NCBI GenBank assembly: GCA_038243585.1
Contig: JBBSQY010000001.1
Coordinates: 96,001 to 160,000, forward strand
Reading direction: 5' to 3'
DNA length: 64,000 nt
From: Candidatus Sumerlaeales bacterium
GTDB lineage: Bacteria; Sumerlaeota; Sumerlaeia; Sumerlaeales; Sumerlaeaceae
The notes under the pieces are model-generated. The model was given only the letters and a program-made list of their open reading frames with translations. It was not told the DNA's origin and made no database searches. Below, piece by piece: positions 58,987 to 64,000 of the stretch. The stretch's first letter is position 1; the number at the start of each line of letters is the position of its first letter. The translations under genes were made by a program, and so were the position numbers.

Positions 58987-60090
58987 TTATAAGTTGCCAC
59001 TTTTTGATAATGAGCAATCTTCATACGAAACGGTACAATTGGCACCGCATGGTGGCTCACCTGGGGCAGGTATTACAACTACATTTTTCTTAATCGTAAC
59101 TGCAGATGTGCCAAAATTTTTTATTAGCTTACTGTCCGAAGTTCCATAATTGACGTATATTTTTTGATCAATCCACTCATGCTTTGCGGTAAAAACATAT
59201 CTTCCAGGGCCTGCGCAAGGAGCAACGTTGCAATTTCCGACGGCGTCGCAGAAGTGATTAATGTACAATTGTCCTGGTGCCCCCTCTTGATCAAAAGTAT
59301 AACTGTCACCCATCGAAACTTTATTTGGGCCGCTGCATCCGAGTTGAGCGCACACCAATTCCATTGTTTTAACATATGGATTAGGGCCTACATAAAACTG
59401 TTGATAATATAGTGGAGGTCCTCCATCACTACTGTCAATTCGAATTGTCGCTCTCTTAACAATTACTTCCGTCGATGACAATCCTGTTCCTTGAGGAACA
59501 CTCCTCAGAGTAAACTCAAAATCGTGTTTATTATTAAACTGCACTGCACCACTGTCTGGCGAGCACCACAATCCATTATTGTCATACGGATAGTACCTGT
59601 TACAAGTCCATATAACCTGATCAGGAACACAGGAGCCACAAAGCTCTGGATCATCACATGGATCCGGCGGTTCTCCGCACCCCGCCGCCAAGGCTACCGC
59701 CGCTGAATAATTGGCACTGTTAGGGTCGCAGCACGAACCGTCTGGGCAGGGATCTTCACCTCCCCCGCCGGGCTCGCAGGCCACGAAATACCCCCATTTG
59801 TCTTCACATTCTCCTGGAGGGTCGCCGCCGCCGCCATCGTCGTCGTCGTCATCGTCCGGGCAGTCGACCGTGTTGTTCCACTTGTCTCGGCACTCTTGGC
59901 CCTCGCCGCAATCATTTCCTTCGGGGGGCGGTTGACAGGTGGCATGGAACGGGCAGCAACAAGGTAGTTCGCAATTCCCCTGCGCACAGAGATTTACAGC
60001 GCCCCAAATTGCAACCATTAGAATTATGGCGGCGCGGCTGATGTTTTTTGCGGCGCAGCGCAAGCTTGAAAGCATTGAGAAATCGGTCAT
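58987..60090 (-). CDS. Secreted cysteine-rich protein with GC-rich N-terminal and AT-rich C-terminal halves
   Basis: GAGG upstream of ATG 60090; signal-like hydrophobic stretch; about 27 Cys in the mature part; poly-Asp and poly-Gly tracts. Confidence 0.75.
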   Translation of the reverse strand: MTDFSMLSSLRCAAKNISRAAIILMVAIWGAVNLCAQGNCELPCCCPFHATCQPPPEGNDCGEGQECRDKWNNTVDCPDDDDDDDGGGGDPPGECEDKWGYFVACEPGGGGEDPCPDGSCCDPNSANYSAAVALAAGCGEPPDPCDDPELCGSCVPDQVIWTCNRYYPYDNNGLWCSPDSGAVQFNNKHDFEFTLRSVPQGTGLSSTEVIVKRATIRIDSSDGGPPLYYQQFYVGPNPYVKTMELVCAQLGCSGPNKVSMGDSYTFDQEGAPGQLYINHFCDAVGNCNVAPCAGPGRYVFTAKHEWIDQKIYVNYGTSDSKLIKNFGTSAVTIKKNVVVIPAPGEPPCGANCTVSYEDCSLSKSGNL

Positions 60091-60107
60091 GGTGGATTCG
60101 CCTCGCA

Positions 60108-60390
60108 CTACTTCGTCGCCCGGGCTTGCCACTCAGCCCGGCGCTGCTGCATCTTACGTTCAGCCCGAATGTAGTCCGCGCGGTGTTGCCACGCGCGGCT
60201 GCCGTAGGTGGACATGGCTTCTTGATCGTCTCGTTCGCTTGCACACAGCTTCATGACCTCCAGCCCAATCAGCTTGCTGTCGGAAACAGCAAACTCTTCC
60301 CCCGACTTCGGCCGATTTTCCAGCATATCCGTCGCCAGAGCCTGGGCCTCGTCGTGCAGGCCAATGAAATAACAGTTCTGCATCTGGAGG
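60108..60390 (-). pseudogene. Probable 3' remnant (or small gene) of a helical protein upstream of the Cys-rich gene
   Basis: Protein-like frame (LHDEAQALATDMLENRP...RRAEWQARATK*) stops just upstream of ATG 60090; its 5' side runs into REP-like repeats. Confidence 0.4.
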
Positions 60391-60393
60391 CAG

Positions 60394-60478
60394 GGAGGGA
60401 TGGCTCGCCGAGCCGTCAGTCTCGAAAGGGACATTTCGCCTGCCGTTCGTCCAGGAGGGACACCTCGCCGAGCCGCCC
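60394..60478 (+). repeat. Two direct copies of REP-like family B, 60 nt apart
   Basis: GGAGGGATGGCTCGCCGAGCCGTC (60394) and GGAGGGACACCTCGCCGAGCCGCCC (60454). Confidence 0.6.
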
Positions 60479-60650
60479 CGCACACCGTTTAACCCAAACC
60501 AATGCCCCCGCCACCTCGTCACAATGCCATGCAGATTGAACAGACGCAGCCCGGCGCGTTATTGTTTTTTACCCTTGATGAAATCTCAACCTACTCTCCA
60601 CGATACACTGCCAGTATATGATTAAAACCCTCATATCTGCGCCCTTATAA

Positions 60651-63600
60651 ATGGCCGAACCAGGTATACACGAAATCGTGGCACAAGGACGCCTGCTTAC
60701 CCTTGTGTTCACAGACCTCGTCGACAGCGTAGGGCTGAAAACCCGCCTGGGCGACAGCGAAGCCGGCCATCTCATTGCCGGCCACCAGGCCGGCATCCGT
60801 AAGCTCACCGCAGCGACAGGCGGTCGAGAAATTCTGATCGCCGGAGACGGCTGCTTTCTGACCTTCGAGGTGCCCAGCAAAGCCGTAGAGTTCGCCCTGC
60901 GCCTCCAGGATTTCCATCGACAGCAACCCGCTCTCCCACAGGTGCGCGTGGGCGTCCACATGGGAGAGGTTACCGAAACAGTCCACGAATCCTCCGCTGG
61001 CCGTACCATAGAGGTAAATGGACTCGCCGTTGATATAGCGTCGCGAATTCAATCCATGGCACGCCCCCGCCAGATACTCATGTCCTATGCGGTTTTTGAT
61101 AACGCCCGCCAGCGTCTGGACGCGTCAAACCTACAGTTACCGGTAGAGTGGCTTGCCCACGGCAGATACATTCTGCGCGGTGCCGACATGGCTCTTGAAA
61201 TATTTGAAGCAGGTCTAAAAGGGCTGTCCGATTTTACTCCGCCAACCGGCGGCAGCAATGCTCAGCGCGACGTGCATGGAGAACAGGAAAGCACCCTTGG
61301 CTGGCGGCCCGCTCAAGGCCACGACCTTCCCGGACGGCCCAACTGGGTCCTGATAGAAAAGCTGGGCGAGGGCGGTTTCGGCGACGTATGGCTGACCGAA
61401 CATCGAAAAACCCGCGACCGTCATGTCATAAAGTTCTGCTATAGCGTCGATCGCCTTCGCACTCTAAAACGTGAAGTAACCCTGTTTCGACTGTTAAAAG
61501 AAACCCTCGGCGACAGGCCCGATATTGCCCGCGTTCTCGATTATCAATTTGAACACAAACCCTACTTTCTCGAGATGGAATTCGCCGGTCGCCACAATCT
61601 CACCTCGTGGCTTGAAGAACATGGCGGGGCCGAAGCCATTCCTTTGGACACCCGCATTGAACTTGTCGCCCAGGTTGCCGTCGCCATAGCCGCCGCCCAT
61701 AGCGTCGGCGTCCTTCATAAGGACATCAAACCTTCTAACATCATGGTCGCTTCCGGCACTCCCACCCACCCGCGAATTTGCATGATTGATTTCGGAATCG
61801 GAGCCGTTTCAGATCGCAATCTGCTGGACATCCAGGGGATTACTGCGACGGGACTGACAGAGGTTGAATCCTCCGGCGACTACGCATCCTCTCTCGCCGG
61901 GACTCGGCTTTACATGGCCCCGGAACTGATCGAAGGCAAAAACGCCACAACAAAGTCCGACATCTACTCCCTGGGCGTGCTTCTGTATCAGATGGTATCC
62001 GCCAAGCTGAATCATTCGCTTGCCTTTGGCTGGGAACGGGACGTTGTGGATGAAATTCTCCGCAGAGACATCGAAGACTGCGTGGACGGACAACCCGAGA
62101 AGCGCCTTGAGTCCGCAGAAATCCTGGCCCATCGACTGCGCAGCTTACCAGAGCGTCGGGCTGAACTAGCGCGGACTCGTCAGGACGCTCGACACGTCGA
62201 AGAGATAAAAAAACGATGGCGTCTTATCTATCTTGGCGCCGCTCTCCTTTTCGTTATGTTGGTAATGATCGGACAGTTTGCTCTGCTACAATACCAAAAA
62301 GCGCGCTCTGAAGAAAACTTACGAAAAAAGGCGGACGCTGCCACTGTTCAGGCAATGGAGCAGTCAGCCGAAACAGAAGTGGCGCTGGCCAAAGCGCAAC
62401 AGGCACGCTATTTTGGCGCGATAGCTCTGGCAGAGTCCAGCCTGAGAGAATCTCGGTTGGAAAAAGCCCAAAACATTCTGCTTAATGAAGCACCGCGCGA
62501 TCTTCTTCAACGGGAATGGGGCTGGTTGTTGGCCCAAAGTTCACCGGAAGATGTGGCAATTAAAAACGCCAATATAAACGATGCTGTATTTACACCGGAC
62601 GGCAGCCGATTTGTGACTGGTAATCGAGATACCGATGCCAAGGGTCATGTGACAGTATATAACGCAGGCACGGCGCAACGGCTATCTGATACCCTGACAA
62701 ACAACCGTCTTGTGTGGAACCTGGCAATCAGTCCGGACGGTTTGACCGCGGCAACCGCATCCAGCGATAACAAAATATCCGTAGTGGATTTGACCTCACA
62801 AACAATTATCAGAGAGCTGACCGCTCATTCTGGAATCGTCCGTGATGTAGCCTTCAGCCCGGACGGTAAACTGCTGGCAAGCGTCAGCCGCGACCACACT
62901 TTGCGTGTGTGGAATACCAAAAACTATTCCAACGACCACGTATTTACTGTCCAGACCGATAATTTCACCGAACTGGACTTCAGCAGAGATTCCAGATACC
63001 TGGTCACCGGAAGCCTCGAAGGCCATGCCCGGATCTTCGATACCAGTGGCACCCGCCAGATTTGCGAGCTGGCGGGAGGAGACGGACGGATCCTCTCCGT
63101 TGCTTTTCTAGAAAACGGCGAGGGCGTGGCCACTGCCTGCACTGATGGTGCAGCACGAATATACCCATGGCCGCCGCCGGCTGATGCGACAACGCTTGAC
63201 CCCACAACGGTCATTCGCACCAGGGAAACTTATCCTTCGCAGGTCATATCTTCAATCGACGGAAAAGCAGTTTACATCGGGAACGATAATGGACTAATTA
63301 TGAAGTCCGATGCAGTAACCGGAAAATTGCTATTCTCTTGTCGGGTGGATGAACCGCTCTGGAAAATGAGTCTTAACCACGACGGGAAAAAGCTTCTAAC
63401 CACCGCTCGATGGAGCCTGCGGTTGCTGGATTTGGAGCGGTTGGAAGGCTCCTTTGAAATTACTGACTGGCCGATTGCTACTAGTGCACCCTTAAATTCG
63501 ATGCCCATGAAGATCGCCTCCGTGTCGCGGCTTCGGGATCATACGTGGGATGACGATAAGGCATGGCGGACCACCTCGGGCCTGTCACTTGTCTCTACTA

Positions 63601-64000
63601 AACACGGGGATCACTTCATGGTTCAATCCGCTTCTGACATCTACTCGCCCGATGGCATTTGGCACATTAAAATTGACCCGGAAAATTCTAAAGCAACTAT
63701 TCAGTCAAGGAATGGAGACCGCGCTGTCCACATTCTGTCCAACAAGAAAGTCGTCGACGTTATCTTTTCTCCCGACGGAAAACAGGCTGCCGGGCTATTC
63801 GATAAAGAAGGGGTCGCGGTCTACAATACAAGCACCTGGGAGCGCCTATATCAATTGCCGACAAGCGTTAACCACCCTGTTTATGTAAAATACTCACCCG
63901 ACTCAAAGATGCTGATCGTTTGCTACTACAATGGCCTTGTCTCCGCTTACGACGTTACCGGCACACACTTGCGAGATCTTTTGCCAGCAGATAACGGATC
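60651..64000 (+). CDS. Class III nucleotidyl cyclase / Ser-Thr kinase / TM / WD40-repeat multidomain protein, 3'-partial (absent from ORF track)
   Basis: Manual translation from ATG 60651: FTDLVDS...AGDG...VRVGVHMGEV...VDIASR; LGEGGFGDVW, HKDIKPSN, DFG, GTRLYMAPE; TM helix; HSGIVRDVAFSPDGKLLASVSRDHTLRVWN. Same frame at the window end. Confidence 0.92.
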   Translation, partial: MAEPGIHEIVAQGRLLTLVFTDLVDSVGLKTRLGDSEAGHLIAGHQAGIRKLTAATGGREILIAGDGCFLTFEVPSKAVEFALRLQDFHRQQPALPQVRVGVHMGEVTETVHESSAGRTIEVNGLAVDIASRIQSMARPRQILMSYAVFDNARQRLDASNLQLPVEWLAHGRYILRGADMALEIFEAGLKGLSDFTPPTGGSNAQRDVHGEQESTLGWRPAQGHDLPGRPNWVLIEKLGEGGFGDVWLTEHRKTRDRHVIKFCYSVDRLRTLKREVTLFRLLKETLGDRPDIARVLDYQFEHKPYFLEMEFAGRHNLTSWLEEHGGAEAIPLDTRIELVAQVAVAIAAAHSVGVLHKDIKPSNIMVASGTPTHPRICMIDFGIGAVSDRNLLDIQGITATGLTEVESSGDYASSLAGTRLYMAPELIEGKNATTKSDIYSLGVLLYQMVSAKLNHSLAFGWERDVVDEILRRDIEDCVDGQPEKRLESAEILAHRLRSLPERRAELARTRQDARHVEEIKKRWRLIYLGAALLFVMLVMIGQFALLQYQKARSEENLRKKADAATVQAMEQSAETEVALAKAQQARYFGAIALAESSLRESRLEKAQNILLNEAPRDLLQREWGWLLAQSSPEDVAIKNANINDAVFTPDGSRFVTGNRDTDAKGHVTVYNAGTAQRLSDTLTNNRLVWNLAISPDGLTAATASSDNKISVVDLTSQTIIRELTAHSGIVRDVAFSPDGKLLASVSRDHTLRVWNTKNYSNDHVFTVQTDNFTELDFSRDSRYLVTGSLEGHARIFDTSGTRQICELAGGDGRILSVAFLENGEGVATACTDGAARIYPWPPPADATTLDPTTVIRTRETYPSQVISSIDGKAVYIGNDNGLIMKSDAVTGKLLFSCRVDEPLWKMSLNHDGKKLLTTARWSLRLLDLERLEGSFEITDWPIATSAPLNSMPMKIASVSRLRDHTWDDDKAWRTTSGLSLVSTKHGDHFMVQSASDIYSPDGIWHIKIDPENSKATIQSRNGDRAVHILSNKKVVDVIFSPDGKQAAGLFDKEGVAVYNTSTWERLYQLPTSVNHPVYVKYSPDSKMLIVCYYNGLVSAYDVTGTHLRDLLPADNG

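Noticed and set aside
60569..63888. Short ORFs listed in the track across 60.5-64 kb
   Set aside because: All are shadows or alternate frames of the single long plus-strand cyclase-kinase-WD40 ORF

Overview
A 64 kb bacterial chromosomal window, mostly around 55% GC by eye, densely coding, with about 57 CDS. I recognise no rRNA, tRNA, CRISPR array, transposase or integrase. Housekeeping genes include ileS, a dksA-like gene, lspA, grpE, htpX, a ccsA-type gene, folP, pta, sfsA, a cysteine desulfurase, a PTPS/COG0720 gene, purA and dut. There are also transport and regulatory loci (rhaT plus an isomerase, an OPA-family MFS plus SorC regulator, MarR-MFP-RND, ABC components, TerC, an ECF sigma) and many exported hypothetical proteins. 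Intergenic spacers carry at least three families of REP-like palindromes. The most unusual part is the right end (about 56.9-64 kb). An AT-rich cassette there begins inside a secreted, very Cys-rich protein (GC-rich N-terminus, AT-rich C-terminus), followed by a partner gene, an orphan fragment and a second partner gene. This layout resembles C-terminal displacement in polymorphic systems. Divergent from it is a large ORF missing from the ORF track (60651 to beyond the window end): class III cyclase, Ser/Thr kinase, TM helix and WD40 repeats, with non-canonical cyclase residues. Other oddities are a kinase ending in a GspG-like pseudopilin motif, a G-domain-less EF-Tu/SelB-like barrel protein coupled to the cysteine desulfurase, and a DksA with an approximately 290-aa extension that is mostly histone-H1-like. 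All family calls come from reading motifs by eye; no database searches were run.
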